A program made the position numbers and the translations under genes. Below the pieces are notes generated by a model. It made no database searches and was not told the origin of the DNA. It was given only the letters and a program-made list of their open reading frames with translations. A DNA stretch of 64,000 nucleotides. Source: Escherichia coli. GTDB lineage: Bacteria; Pseudomonadota; Gammaproteobacteria; Enterobacterales; Enterobacteriaceae. Below, piece after piece: positions 1 to 9,986 of this stretch. The stretch is taken from the NCBI GenBank assembly GCA_032372955.1, contig GCA_032372955.1_4725.1; one strand, given 5' to 3'. Each line of letters starts with the position of its first letter. The first letter of the stretch is position 1.

Positions 1-1
1 T

Positions 2-715
2 GGTGGCGTAGACACGCTGAAAAGCAACATCGATACCTTCAATCAGATGTTCCTTAAATCAGATGGTTATTCGGTTATTGATGGTTTAGGATTAAACATC
101 ATCGACTTCCATTTAGATATGGTTGAAAAACTTCCCGTTGATTATCTGTCTTTCTTGCACGCTGTCAAATCGACACTGGAAAATCGCGGTTCCGTGGAAG
201 GTGCTGACGTTATCACCCCGACGGTTTCCGGAAAACGTATCCGCTACATCAACGGCGCAGTCTTCTTGAAAGAATTCGACGCATCAAAAGACAATATCAT
301 CGATGCGGTTAAACGTTACCTCGACTTGGATATTGTCGTTGACGATGTTGAATGGGATAACGATCCAGAAACGTACGTCCTACCGACACCTGACGATTTG
401 CGTAGCGTTCGACAACTGACGTTCGCGAAAGATCTGTTGATGGTAACAAAACGCGGACGCGCTTTCTCTGAGATATTCTCTCGCAATAAAATCCGTACCA
501 TGGAGCGCATCCAGGAAATCACCATGAAACGCTTCAACGAGCAGAATTTTGATGCGAGCTACCAACAGTACATCGAGATCTATCCTAAGCTCGTTAAGCG
601 TGCGATTCTGCTTTGCGGTAAAGAGAACCGTATTGAAAACCAATTCGCTTACCAATATCTTCGTGCATTGACCTCATTTATCAACACTCTCGTTAAAGCT
701 TATACCAAAGGTTAA
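2..715 (+). CDS. hypothetical protein, 5'-truncated at window edge
   Basis: Frame is open from nt 2 to the ATG at 47 with no stop, so the gene probably starts upstream of the window; stop at 713-715. Confidence 0.55.
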   Translation, partial: GGVDTLKSNIDTFNQMFLKSDGYSVIDGLGLNIIDFHLDMVEKLPVDYLSFLHAVKSTLENRGSVEGADVITPTVSGKRIRYINGAVFLKEFDASKDNIIDAVKRYLDLDIVVDDVEWDNDPETYVLPTPDDLRSVRQLTFAKDLLMVTKRGRAFSEIFSRNKIRTMERIQEITMKRFNEQNFDASYQQYIEIYPKLVKRAILLCGKENRIENQFAYQYLRALTSFINTLVKAYTKG

Positions 716-724
716 GGAACTAAC

Positions 725-2014
725 ATGGCCCGCATCTCTCTTTTTGATAACGTCAATAAAAACGCATTCGAACTCGCTTTGCTGAGCGCCGAAGATCTTC
801 TTGCGACAATTCCAGCGGAGCAAAATGATCCCAACGCAGAAATCGAAGAGGACGAAGTTGAGTTGGTGATTCGACGCACCGACGAGACGATCGATGAATC
901 CAGCGAACTGGCTGAAATTGCAGTGCGTACTTCAGCAACGCTGGAAGATACCGCATACATGATCGCACCTACGATCCCTGAAGCACGTGCGAGCGACATC
1001 GCCCTTATCCGTCAGATTGCTTCGACGTCAGCAGCTAACCTGGGGATGTCTGATGAAGACATGTTCCAAGCTGACGATCGTTTGGTGGAAGGGCAAGCTA
1101 TTGTGCTGGAAGGCTTTAAAGAACGCGCCGCGCAAGCGTTATACGCAGTTTGGGTAATCATTGCGAACATGGCTGAACAGTTATGTAAGCTGATTCAGCT
1201 GCTTTTCAAAAACCTTGCGGTAGCGTATAAAAAAATTACCGATGTTGCAACCGCTGTAAATAAAGGCGAGCGTCACATCAAACAACTAAATAAACCGACC
1301 GGGAATATGATTAGCATGTTCCCTAACGCAAAAACGGTTAACGCGTTGGAGATTCGTAAACATATTGAGCAGTTGGCGGCATCCACACAAGCATCCTCTT
1401 TTTTACTACTCCAAACCGACGACATTAACAAGAAAGTTAATAAACTAACTGATTTGACGACACTTGCCGATATTCTGGACGATTATATTTACGCTATCAA
1501 GCCTGCGTTAAAAGGACTCAAAATACCAGAAAGCGGTGGGAAACGTTACGTCGTTAAAGGTCTCGACGCTCTTATGGCTGAGAAAGATACCATTAAGGCC
1601 TGCGCGCTCGTGAAGAATATTCAGATCGAAGTGGAAGAAACCGCGACTGGTAGTATCGAAAACGCGAACATTTTCAATAACGACGACGAATTGAAAGCCG
1701 CACTGACCTCGTATCTTAACGTATTTCGTATTGTTGACCCTGCATATTTCCGCCAGACCGAAAGTTTAACGAGTACTGTCGAACGTACTGCTAAACTAAA
1801 CGGTATGAAAATTAAAACTAAATGGGACGGTATGCTCGACAATCTGCCGGAAGCAGATCGTGAAACCGTTCGTCCTTATATAAGCGCCATCTCAGAAATG
1901 GCGCGCTTGAGCGCGGTATTAGCAGCTAAGATCCTCCGTGTTGCTAACCGTCAATATGCGGATGCTGTATTTGCTGCTGCGAAATACTTCGATGCCGTAA
2001 CCGAAAAAGCATAA
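725..2014 (+). CDS. hypothetical protein, member 1 of left-end paralogue trio
   Basis: 429-aa ORF, AAGGAA RBS 6 nt upstream; shares IRQIASTSAANLGM and following helix with the next two ORFs. Confidence 0.7.
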   Translation: MARISLFDNVNKNAFELALLSAEDLLATIPAEQNDPNAEIEEDEVELVIRRTDETIDESSELAEIAVRTSATLEDTAYMIAPTIPEARASDIALIRQIASTSAANLGMSDEDMFQADDRLVEGQAIVLEGFKERAAQALYAVWVIIANMAEQLCKLIQLLFKNLAVAYKKITDVATAVNKGERHIKQLNKPTGNMISMFPNAKTVNALEIRKHIEQLAASTQASSFLLLQTDDINKKVNKLTDLTTLADILDDYIYAIKPALKGLKIPESGGKRYVVKGLDALMAEKDTIKACALVKNIQIEVEETATGSIENANIFNNDDELKAALTSYLNVFRIVDPAYFRQTESLTSTVERTAKLNGMKIKTKWDGMLDNLPEADRETVRPYISAISEMARLSAVLAAKILRVANRQYADAVFAAAKYFDAVTEKA

Positions 2015-2024
2015 CCACCATGTC

Positions 2025-2056
2025 CCTTCCTCCAACCCAACAGGGAAGGAGGAAGG
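2025..2056 (+). terminator. conserved CCTCC-armed hairpin element followed by TTTATG
   Basis: CCTTCCTCC-AA-CCC-AACA-GGG-AA-GGAGGAAGG, read from sequence. Confidence 0.5.
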
Positions 2057-2162
2057 TTTATGGCGTTGGTATCCGGTTATCTTTTGACTTCTGAATCAAC
2101 GGTTCAGAAGGTAAATGGCGGACATGATCACCCGCCAAGATTTTCCTACGTAGGAGTTCCAA

Positions 2163-3464
2163 ATGGAAAACGTGTTACAACAACCCATGACATCGTTGTT
2201 TCAAGGGATTGATGATGAACCTGTAGAATCGTTCGGTATCGCTGGCAACGTTCTCGATGCCAGTAATATTGAGAATCAGTTTCACTCAATCGACGAAACA
2301 AACACGGTGATGAAAGAAGGTGAACAACACCTTCAAACATTAAATAAACTCAGGCTGGATATTGTCCCAAACATGGCTGAAGTTGAAGAACGCGATATCA
2401 GCACCATCAAACATATCGCATCGACCGCAGCAGCCGGAATGGGAATGGACCCAAACCACATCATCGAGGGCCTGGAAGAGGAAACTTCCAGCGGGATGAG
2501 CTTGAACATGGAAAGTTTTGACAAGACCGCAAAAGAAGCAACCCGAGCATTATGGCTTTACATGAACGAATTGTACCGCTACGCGATCGATATCTGCAAT
2601 CGTTGTTATCGTCGATTCGTTCGTCAGGTGAAGCCGTTATTAAAGAAAGCGGCTGCGTTGAAAACTATTTCCGAATACGATGTTAATGAAGATAACGCAT
2701 TCTGGGAGAACTTTCCTTACAACTGGCGATATCTTCATCCGAAAGGCGGTGCGGTAAACAGTATTGCTGATCTACGGCAAACCGCAGAAAACATCGTAAT
2801 GAACACAGGAATCCTCGCAGCATGGCATCGTCAACTCGATCCGTTATTAATGCAGCTACTAAAAGCACCGTCAGTGGATAACAAAGAAGGTATCGCTGCA
2901 GAAAACGAAGCCTGTTGGGAGAATATTCTCGAGGTCATCAACGATGCGTTATGCGAGAAGCCGTTAAAGCCTACCGGAACAGACGATATCGTCGTTGACG
3001 TACCTGTTGGTGCTTCCTATCTTAAAGTACACAACATCGAAGACGCAACAGGAACGCAATTCAGCGTTGTGTGGGAAGCCGTATCTTTCCAATCGGCAAA
3101 AGATGGATTCCGTTTCTTACCGTTAAACGATGTTATCGACGGAACCAACGCGATCATCAACGCATTAAGTACGTTATGGTCTACGCTACGACAGTTGGAA
3201 TTTAAACGTTGTCTTGAAGCAAGCCTTGCCGACCAGGACGAATGGATTCAACCTTACGAGCGTTTGCTACAACAGATGGACAACAACGATACCGCATCAT
3301 CCGCTATCGTTCAACGTGTGGGTATCGCGCGTAACGTCGTCGGCTTCCAGGCGGTTGCTTTTGCCCGATTCCTGTTAACTGTCTGCGACGTCATCGACGG
3401 TCTTAACGATTATCTTGACGCGCATCTCGAACTTGAGGAAACCAGCAATGCTGCAGACCTATGA
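2163..3464 (+). CDS. hypothetical protein, member 2 of left-end paralogue trio
   Basis: 433-aa ORF, AGGAG RBS; IKHIASTAAAGMGM motif paralogous to the 725 ORF. Confidence 0.7.
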   Translation: MENVLQQPMTSLFQGIDDEPVESFGIAGNVLDASNIENQFHSIDETNTVMKEGEQHLQTLNKLRLDIVPNMAEVEERDISTIKHIASTAAAGMGMDPNHIIEGLEEETSSGMSLNMESFDKTAKEATRALWLYMNELYRYAIDICNRCYRRFVRQVKPLLKKAAALKTISEYDVNEDNAFWENFPYNWRYLHPKGGAVNSIADLRQTAENIVMNTGILAAWHRQLDPLLMQLLKAPSVDNKEGIAAENEACWENILEVINDALCEKPLKPTGTDDIVVDVPVGASYLKVHNIEDATGTQFSVVWEAVSFQSAKDGFRFLPLNDVIDGTNAIINALSTLWSTLRQLEFKRCLEASLADQDEWIQPYERLLQQMDNNDTASSAIVQRVGIARNVVGFQAVAFARFLLTVCDVIDGLNDYLDAHLELEETSNAADL

Positions 3465-4554
3465 TGGACAGATTCAAGCGTTAAGCTTGTTAAAAACATT
3501 ACCTGTGCCAGAGACAGCAACGCAACGACAAATTCACCAGCTTATTTATCAGCAGGCGGGCGGTATGCTGCCGACCAGTTATACCACAGAAAGTGCTGAT
3601 CTCCTCACGATGGAATCGTACAATCAGCTTGCGATGAAAATTATCAAAGCTATCATCGATGCGATCTGGACAACGTTGCGGAACATTACTGCGTTTATCG
3701 CCAGGTTTATCGATCGTAGTCGCGCACTACAGCTCGAACTCAGCAATATCCGTCGTCACTACACAAAAGCCGTTGGTCGTAAACCCATCGCGCAAAGCTT
3801 CGAAGCTTCGACGACGCTGGCCCCACACTTACGGTATGGGAACAGTTTTGGGTTCGATTTCACAACCGGGAATACGCTATACAAACAGAATTTAGCAATC
3901 GCTGAATATCTCTTGTCTTCGTCGTTCCGTGATGATTTCAAGCAGTTCGCTAATACGTTAGATAGAGCGCTCGACATTATCTTAAAACAGACGGATACCG
4001 CATTAATCGATGTGATTAACCGTGATGCGTACACGTTATTGCATAAAGTCTACAGTACGCTGAACGAATCGAGACTTGTCAATGTAACGTTACTGGGCAA
4101 CCGTACGCTACGACTCGATCAGGTTACCGCCTCAGGTTCCGGATCAATTCAACAGTCCCTCGCCATTCAATCTGCACGGTTTGAAGTCCAGGATGTACCG
4201 TCCATTGAACGGGATATGGTGGTTACAACGCCAACATTAGAACAAGTTGGTGTGCTACTCGAGTCTGTAAATACGGGTGTTGATTTGCTGGTTAGTTACC
4301 ATCGTAAAAAGTACGCCAACGAGTTACTCGAAATCGCAGGGAATCTACAAGCAAAACTTAACGACGTTTATCGTCAACAAGGTCAGTTGTCAGTTGCTAC
4401 TGCTTCTGATGATGCTATGGTAGCCCTTTCTCGATACCTTACAGCGTATACCGCGTGGATCAAGGTGCCGCTTGTGGGCTATGCCGAGTTCTTTACGAAT
4501 TCAACAGCGGCTATGCTTGATGTCTCTCGCGAGGCGCTGAAATATTACTTTTAA
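3448..4554 (+). CDS. hypothetical protein, possible third paralogue
   Basis: Start moved to ATG 3448 (GAGGA RBS); the track start at 3415 overlaps the upstream gene by 50 nt. Weak IHQLIYQQAGGM similarity to neighbours. Confidence 0.6.
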   Translation: MLQTYDGQIQALSLLKTLPVPETATQRQIHQLIYQQAGGMLPTSYTTESADLLTMESYNQLAMKIIKAIIDAIWTTLRNITAFIARFIDRSRALQLELSNIRRHYTKAVGRKPIAQSFEASTTLAPHLRYGNSFGFDFTTGNTLYKQNLAIAEYLLSSSFRDDFKQFANTLDRALDIILKQTDTALIDVINRDAYTLLHKVYSTLNESRLVNVTLLGNRTLRLDQVTASGSGSIQQSLAIQSARFEVQDVPSIERDMVVTTPTLEQVGVLLESVNTGVDLLVSYHRKKYANELLEIAGNLQAKLNDVYRQQGQLSVATASDDAMVALSRYLTAYTAWIKVPLVGYAEFFTNSTAAMLDVSREALKYYF

Positions 4555-4569
4555 GAGGAATAACGCTTT

Positions 4570-7500
4570 ATGAAAAAATCGTTAGCTGATCTGATGCGTA
4601 AGTCGCATCTTAACCTGGAAAGCGGCGATACACCTATCGAAGTCAAAGCAACGCTTTCTACCGATAAAGAAGAGCAAGTGATCGCATTACCTACAGCGGC
4701 ACGGCCAGACAGCATCGAAGCGACGATCGAATCAGATACGCTCGAGGAAGGGGCTACCGTTGATGACGCCGTTCGTGTGATTCGTAGCACGGATGAGAAC
4801 GGTGAGGATGTCGTACGTGCTGTTATTGTGACCCGTCCTATTGATGGTAGTTTACGAATTCGTTTCACACCGAGCAGCGGTGGTGTGACCATGGAAGACG
4901 GTAACGATGTTCAACCGTTCGTTCTGATCGCGGTACCGACCGCACCTGGCGAAGAGCCGAAGAACCCATATCCGGCAAACGCGCCAACCGAAACACCGGC
5001 ACCGAAAGTGACCAATGATCCGACCGTTAACGCTGACCGTGACAACCTGAAGAACAAGATTCAGGATGCGGCTAACGCCATCGACCCGACCAACCCAGCA
5101 CAAATCGAACAGGCAGCACAACCTGCGGAAACCACCGAAGGTGTTAAAGGTAACGTCGTCGAACCGGAAAAAGCAGAACCTGTTGCTGAAACAGCGGCTG
5201 CGGCAGCCGAGGTGACGCCAGAAACCAAAACAACGGAAGAACCCATCAAAGTCACCGTGATTAAACGTGTCGTGGAGAAAGTAGAAAAGGTTGAAGATAA
5301 CGTCGCTGACGAACAACCTGTTGTCGACGCTAATGACGGTAATACCGGTGAGCAGAAAGCCGAAGCAGTTGCCCAGGAAACAGAACTGCAAGGCGATGTT
5401 GAGGTCGATAACGCTGACGAAACACCCACCGAGGACAGCACCACCGAACCTGCGTCCGAAGAACCTGCTAACACCGACGCTGACGCTGGTACCACCGACG
5501 ACACAACCACCAAGGGTGATGAAAACACCAAAGGTGACGATGATGAAGACGACGAAAACGAAGAAGATGAAGATCTGAAACAAGAGTCGTTCGAAATTCA
5601 TCAAGAGCTGGAAGCCCGTGGTGTATTAGATGTTCCTGTTGTTGAACAGCGCGCATCGGTTATTCTCGGTGAAGGTGAAACAGATGTAACCGTCATTGAA
5701 ACAGAACAACCGTACATTCCTGGCACCATGGTGGTACGTCGTCTTGATGGGGATAAGAGTGTTATTGTTCGCCGTACTCGTTACGCTGAACGCTTTAACG
5801 CTGATGGTCAGGGTGAAGCGATCGCCATTGTCGACCCTACTCTGCAAGGCGAACTGAAAATGGAATTCCGTCCGGCTGAAGGTCCGATGGAAAGCTTCGA
5901 GATTCGTCCTGAAATCAAAGACGAATACATCATGGAATCGTACAAACAGCTTGATATCGCACTGAATAGCGATCTCAATCTGGAAGACGGGGAAAAGCAA
6001 CCAGGTCGCTTTAAACAGATTCTGAAATCGGTTTACGAAGCGGTCGCGAAGTTCTTAAAAGCCCTCGTGGCACGTTTGAAAAATCTCTTTGGTGTTAATA
6101 AGAAAAAAATCGAAGGGAAGGCCAACAAGCTGACCAAAGAACAACGCACAGCACCGGTGATGAAACTGCTTCCTCCGCCGAGTAATACTTCGGATGAAAA
6201 GAAAGTCAACGTCGAATGGAACAAACTCGATACGCTGCTTGCGAACGACGCTAAATCCGTCGATAAAATCGTAAACGCGGTAAAAGACAGCAAACGTATC
6301 GCTGAAGCATCCCGTAAGTTCTTCGACCAGCTGAAGGATCTTAAAGAAGGCGAAAGTCCAAACGCTGATACGGACATGCTGACAGCAACAACAATGTCTG
6401 GCGTGGCCGCGTTCGGACATAGCGCCGACGCCGCTTTAGACGGTATTCGTAAGTTCCGTGACGAACTTAGCGCCATGAAACAGCAGGATGATGCTGTACC
6501 GTCTAACGTTAGCGTTGATATGCTGATCGATGCGTCAACGAAACTGTTTAACGAAGACCTTCTGAAAGCAGCTACACAACTTCAGGAGACAGCTGAACGG
6601 CTAATCCGTGACCTCGATAAGAGCGGTAGCGATTATGATGTTGGCTACATCGTTAAACGCACGCGCACACTGATGAACTTTGCGACAACAGCATGCACCG
6701 TCTACGGATTCGCTGCGAAAGAACTCGGCGATGTTACCGTTCGTATACTCACCGCTGTTGCAGCGGCTGATAACGGCGATCTCAAACAGGAAGAGTACCA
6801 GGATGTTGCTGGTGAAAACGATCCGGTTGTAACCGTCGAGACATTGGAAGGCGATGCTGGTACTCGTGTTGTTGCTGAGGCGGAAATCGTTGACGATCCT
6901 GCGGTGGTGGAATTCGTTGAGCGTGCTGAAGAAGCGCAGCGAAATCTGGCTATCGGTCGCCATGCGGTGAGCGCGGTGGAAGGTATTCTGGTAGCGGCAC
7001 GCGAGATCGGTCCTGATAACTTCCAGGGTAACGTCGAAGCTACCGAAATTGCGATGGAAGGATTCATGGATACCGTTAAGAGTGCGGTCAACCGTATCGG
7101 TAACTGGATTGAAACCAACCACCGTTACTATACCGCCGCTACGGCTCCATGGGATAAGCTGTTCGCCGAAACGCAGCAAGCGCTGGCCAAAGCGCGTCGC
7201 GGTAACCCAGCAGCGGAACGGATTATTCTGAAACGTTTCATCCGTCATCTTACCATCGGTGGTGAACCTGTTACCGATGTGAAGAAGCTCATCGCTGCGT
7301 TGGGTGAAATCAAAATGCTTGGTAACATGACGCGTGAATTAATCGTTGCTATCGATCGTGAACTCAGCGAAGTGCGGAAGAGCAACCAGTCCGAAACATC
7401 CGCTGGATCGGTTGTTGGTCTGAAGCGTATTCCTATTCAGAAATGGGATAAGCTTATGGTCGCTACCGTACAGCCGTGGAAAGACAGCGATCGTAAAGGC

Positions 7501-7956
7501 GTTGGGTCTAAAGCGTATCTTGGTGAAACGCACATCGTGAAGGTGAGCGCGACCTATGCGACAACGCGTAACAACCCGAACGAGGAAGCAGCGAAACTGA
7601 TGCAGTGGATCTACACCGGTATCAATCGCCAGTTTACGGTTTCTGACGACCTCACCAGTGAGGAATTACCGGTAGCCACTATCAGTGAACTGGAGGCAGT
7701 GCTGCGTGCGGCTCGTGAAGCGCATGAAGCTTGGCTTATTGCTGACAACGCCATGCAGACCCTGCGTTCAATCGATAAATTCCTGGATAGCGAACTCAAC
7801 GTTGAGAACGATGTTAATAATGTCGTTAACTACGGTATTGTTCTCGGCCTGGAAGATTGGTTGTTCCATCCGGCATTGACGTTATGGCAACAGTTCAATA
7901 AACCGATGCAAGCGGTGCTTTTCCTTATCAAAGCCCATTGCGGTGCCTACAAGTAA
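4570..7956 (+). CDS. large hypothetical protein with acidic Thr/Pro/Glu-rich low-complexity region (virion or internal head protein candidate)
   Basis: 1128-aa ORF, AAGAGGAA RBS; residues ~120-340 are strongly acidic low complexity (…GDDDEDDENEEDEDL…). Confidence 0.7.
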   Translation: MKKSLADLMRKSHLNLESGDTPIEVKATLSTDKEEQVIALPTAARPDSIEATIESDTLEEGATVDDAVRVIRSTDENGEDVVRAVIVTRPIDGSLRIRFTPSSGGVTMEDGNDVQPFVLIAVPTAPGEEPKNPYPANAPTETPAPKVTNDPTVNADRDNLKNKIQDAANAIDPTNPAQIEQAAQPAETTEGVKGNVVEPEKAEPVAETAAAAAEVTPETKTTEEPIKVTVIKRVVEKVEKVEDNVADEQPVVDANDGNTGEQKAEAVAQETELQGDVEVDNADETPTEDSTTEPASEEPANTDADAGTTDDTTTKGDENTKGDDDEDDENEEDEDLKQESFEIHQELEARGVLDVPVVEQRASVILGEGETDVTVIETEQPYIPGTMVVRRLDGDKSVIVRRTRYAERFNADGQGEAIAIVDPTLQGELKMEFRPAEGPMESFEIRPEIKDEYIMESYKQLDIALNSDLNLEDGEKQPGRFKQILKSVYEAVAKFLKALVARLKNLFGVNKKKIEGKANKLTKEQRTAPVMKLLPPPSNTSDEKKVNVEWNKLDTLLANDAKSVDKIVNAVKDSKRIAEASRKFFDQLKDLKEGESPNADTDMLTATTMSGVAAFGHSADAALDGIRKFRDELSAMKQQDDAVPSNVSVDMLIDASTKLFNEDLLKAATQLQETAERLIRDLDKSGSDYDVGYIVKRTRTLMNFATTACTVYGFAAKELGDVTVRILTAVAAADNGDLKQEEYQDVAGENDPVVTVETLEGDAGTRVVAEAEIVDDPAVVEFVERAEEAQRNLAIGRHAVSAVEGILVAAREIGPDNFQGNVEATEIAMEGFMDTVKSAVNRIGNWIETNHRYYTAATAPWDKLFAETQQALAKARRGNPAAERIILKRFIRHLTIGGEPVTDVKKLIAALGEIKMLGNMTRELIVAIDRELSEVRKSNQSETSAGSVVGLKRIPIQKWDKLMVATVQPWKDSDRKGVGSKAYLGETHIVKVSATYATTRNNPNEEAAKLMQWIYTGINRQFTVSDDLTSEELPVATISELEAVLRAAREAHEAWLIADNAMQTLRSIDKFLDSELNVENDVNNVVNYGIVLGLEDWLFHPALTLWQQFNKPMQAVLFLIKAHCGAYK

Positions 7957-7971
7957 TCCGTGCACATAAAC

Positions 7972-7993
7972 AGCCCGCCCTTCGGGGTGGGCT
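7972..7993 (+). terminator. hairpin with TTCG loop followed by TTTATGCTG
   Basis: AGCCCGCCC-TTCG-GGGGTGGGCT, 16 nt after the stop of the 1128-aa gene. Confidence 0.5.
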
Positions 7994-8044
7994 TTATGCT
8001 GTCGACCATCATGTGATATCTTATCTTTCAAACAGGAATCTGCG

Positions 8045-8428
8045 ATGACACGTGAAGCAAAATTTCTTTCACTCGCACTTAACGGTGCGCAGCAACAGAC
8101 ATGCTTGGTAGCGGCGTGCCCGCGACATTCAGTACCCGGTATGTATATTTGCCGTATTAACCCACATACCGCACACGAAACCGTCGTGCAGATTCCTGTT
8201 GCGGCACTACCGGAAGGTACCATCAAACCAATCATCCAAGGATTGCCGTTAGAAGCGCTATACGCTGTTTTAAACAACGAAATAGAAACATTAATGGAAA
8301 CGTCCAATGAAACAGATAAAACGCGTCTAGGGCTTGTTAGAGAGCTTCTACATAGCAGTCTGATTCATTATACCGGATATCGACAACAAGGAGGTGAGGA
8401 AATTAGCGAGGACGACACCGATGCCTAA
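8045..8428 (+). CDS. hypothetical protein
   Basis: 127-aa ORF; stop overlaps the next start (ATGCCTAA). Confidence 0.5.
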   Translation: MTREAKFLSLALNGAQQQTCLVAACPRHSVPGMYICRINPHTAHETVVQIPVAALPEGTIKPIIQGLPLEALYAVLNNEIETLMETSNETDKTRLGLVRELLHSSLIHYTGYRQQGGEEISEDDTDA

Positions 8429-9986
8429 ACTTGATCGAAAAATCAATGACGTATACGCGACGGTAACACGTCCGGTTGCAATCGCGGTGTTACGGCAGAT
8501 CAGCGAGCTTTGCGGATGGGATTATAATCGGGAGAACATTCTTTTTCGAGGGGAAGCGCTTCACGCTAAAATGAGCGCTGCGAACGAGCAACCGCCGCAA
8601 GTTGTTGATCAGGATGTAAAAGGGCCTGCTGACGGGTTTATCCAAATTGAGCTTAATATTGTCCCTGAAGAACAGGCGTCTATGTACGATACCGTTTACA
8701 AACGAAACAGTCTTCCCGTATTCGAAGACCGTAACCTTGGCGTATCGTTAGTACCTGTTTACAGTACAATGGTTGCGACCATGCAGATCACCAAACGGTT
8801 CGAGGATCAGGTCACCGCCGAACGTTGGTGGTACGACATGAAACGTTTGCTGACAAGCCAGCACGTCGCTGCCTTTCTTAGCGCTGAATACAGCTATGCG
8901 ATCCCAACACAGTTTCTCATGCTGTTAAAAGTTATCCACACACACCGAGAAGCAATAGCGGGTTACGGGGATAAGTTCAGCGAATACCTTAGAGACGGGT
9001 TCGACAACCGTGCAACCACCATGACGACAGTTGCCGGTGACGGTAAGAGCGTTAAATTGGTTATCAGGGAAATGCAAGAAGAGATCTCTGGCCAATTTGA
9101 TTTCACCGACGCACCAAAACCCGAGAAGAATGAGAACAGTTCTTCGTACAACGCAACCTTCTCTTACCGTTACACGTACGACACACCAACACACATCGTA
9201 GCACGGTATCCTGTTCAAGTACACCAACAGATACTCCCCGAAGAGTACCTTTACAAACCGAGCCTCTCGGTGCGTGATAAATCCCGTGCGCGTCGTGGTG
9301 GTATGGTGGTGCAGTATCAGGACATTCTTCGTGATTCGTTCTTGCCGGAGCAGGGTGCGTCGATTCAAGCGTATCGGTATCCTGATCTGGATGAATGGCT
9401 ACCGCCATCGAGCGTGGAAACCGAGCTTCCATCATGTACGCTTTTCACCGCACTGCTTGCTATCGATCCCGAACAACCTAACCTGTTGGTGACGTTGGAC
9501 TCGTTAGCCGAAGAAGGTGAATTCCATCCCGATCTTGTTCGGTGGTTCCGCGAGTACCCGGAATGGTCAAAATGCCATTACCAATCTCCTTTTTTCCTTG
9601 AGGTTTGGAAGGGTAAATACCGCTACGCAAGAGACGCGTGGACATTAACCGACGTTGGCGATCTTGAAGCGAAAGATCCGTTAGACTTACGGAGTGATTA
9701 CCACGTTCGTCTGGCGATACTGTTAGATTTAAGTCAGTTACAGGTTGAAACACTTGAAGCGTTGTGTTGTTATCCCAATCTGGTGGATGAACTGTTTGCG
9801 GTATTAGGTTTAGATAAAAAGTACTGGCCTAAGAAGAACAGTCGGGGATGCTATACGCTAATCGGGCTTATCGAAGCCATCAAACGTATCCCAACAACCG
9901 CTTCGTGGTTCAAACATCGTAGTTTATTCGTGCCGAGAATTCTTGTCGGTACCATCGTAGGAGTGAAACGCTATGGCGCTCGCTAA
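8421..9986 (+). CDS. hypothetical protein
   Basis: Start chosen at ATG 8421 (MPKLDRK) with GAGGA RBS; 521 aa; first of four translationally coupled ORFs. Confidence 0.6.
   Translation: MPKLDRKINDVYATVTRPVAIAVLRQISELCGWDYNRENILFRGEALHAKMSAANEQPPQVVDQDVKGPADGFIQIELNIVPEEQASMYDTVYKRNSLPVFEDRNLGVSLVPVYSTMVATMQITKRFEDQVTAERWWYDMKRLLTSQHVAAFLSAEYSYAIPTQFLMLLKVIHTHREAIAGYGDKFSEYLRDGFDNRATTMTTVAGDGKSVKLVIREMQEEISGQFDFTDAPKPEKNENSSSYNATFSYRYTYDTPTHIVARYPVQVHQQILPEEYLYKPSLSVRDKSRARRGGMVVQYQDILRDSFLPEQGASIQAYRYPDLDEWLPPSSVETELPSCTLFTALLAIDPEQPNLLVTLDSLAEEGEFHPDLVRWFREYPEWSKCHYQSPFFLEVWKGKYRYARDAWTLTDVGDLEAKDPLDLRSDYHVRLAILLDLSQLQVETLEALCCYPNLVDELFAVLGLDKKYWPKKNSRGCYTLIGLIEAIKRIPTTASWFKHRSLFVPRILVGTIVGVKRYGAR

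Noticed and set aside
2060-2220. Short ORF starting at the ATG that follows the hairpin at 2025 (GGAGGAAGGTTTATG looks like RBS plus start)
   Set aside because: Only about 53 codons, in a different frame from the next gene, and the same hairpin-TATG arrangement recurs where no ORF follows; the GGAGG is better explained as a hairpin arm.
4852-6476. Several 120-250-aa ORFs on the - strand inside the 1128-aa gene
   Set aside because: They lie antisense to the low-complexity acidic region, have Cys/Phe/Arg-rich nonsense composition and no RBS.
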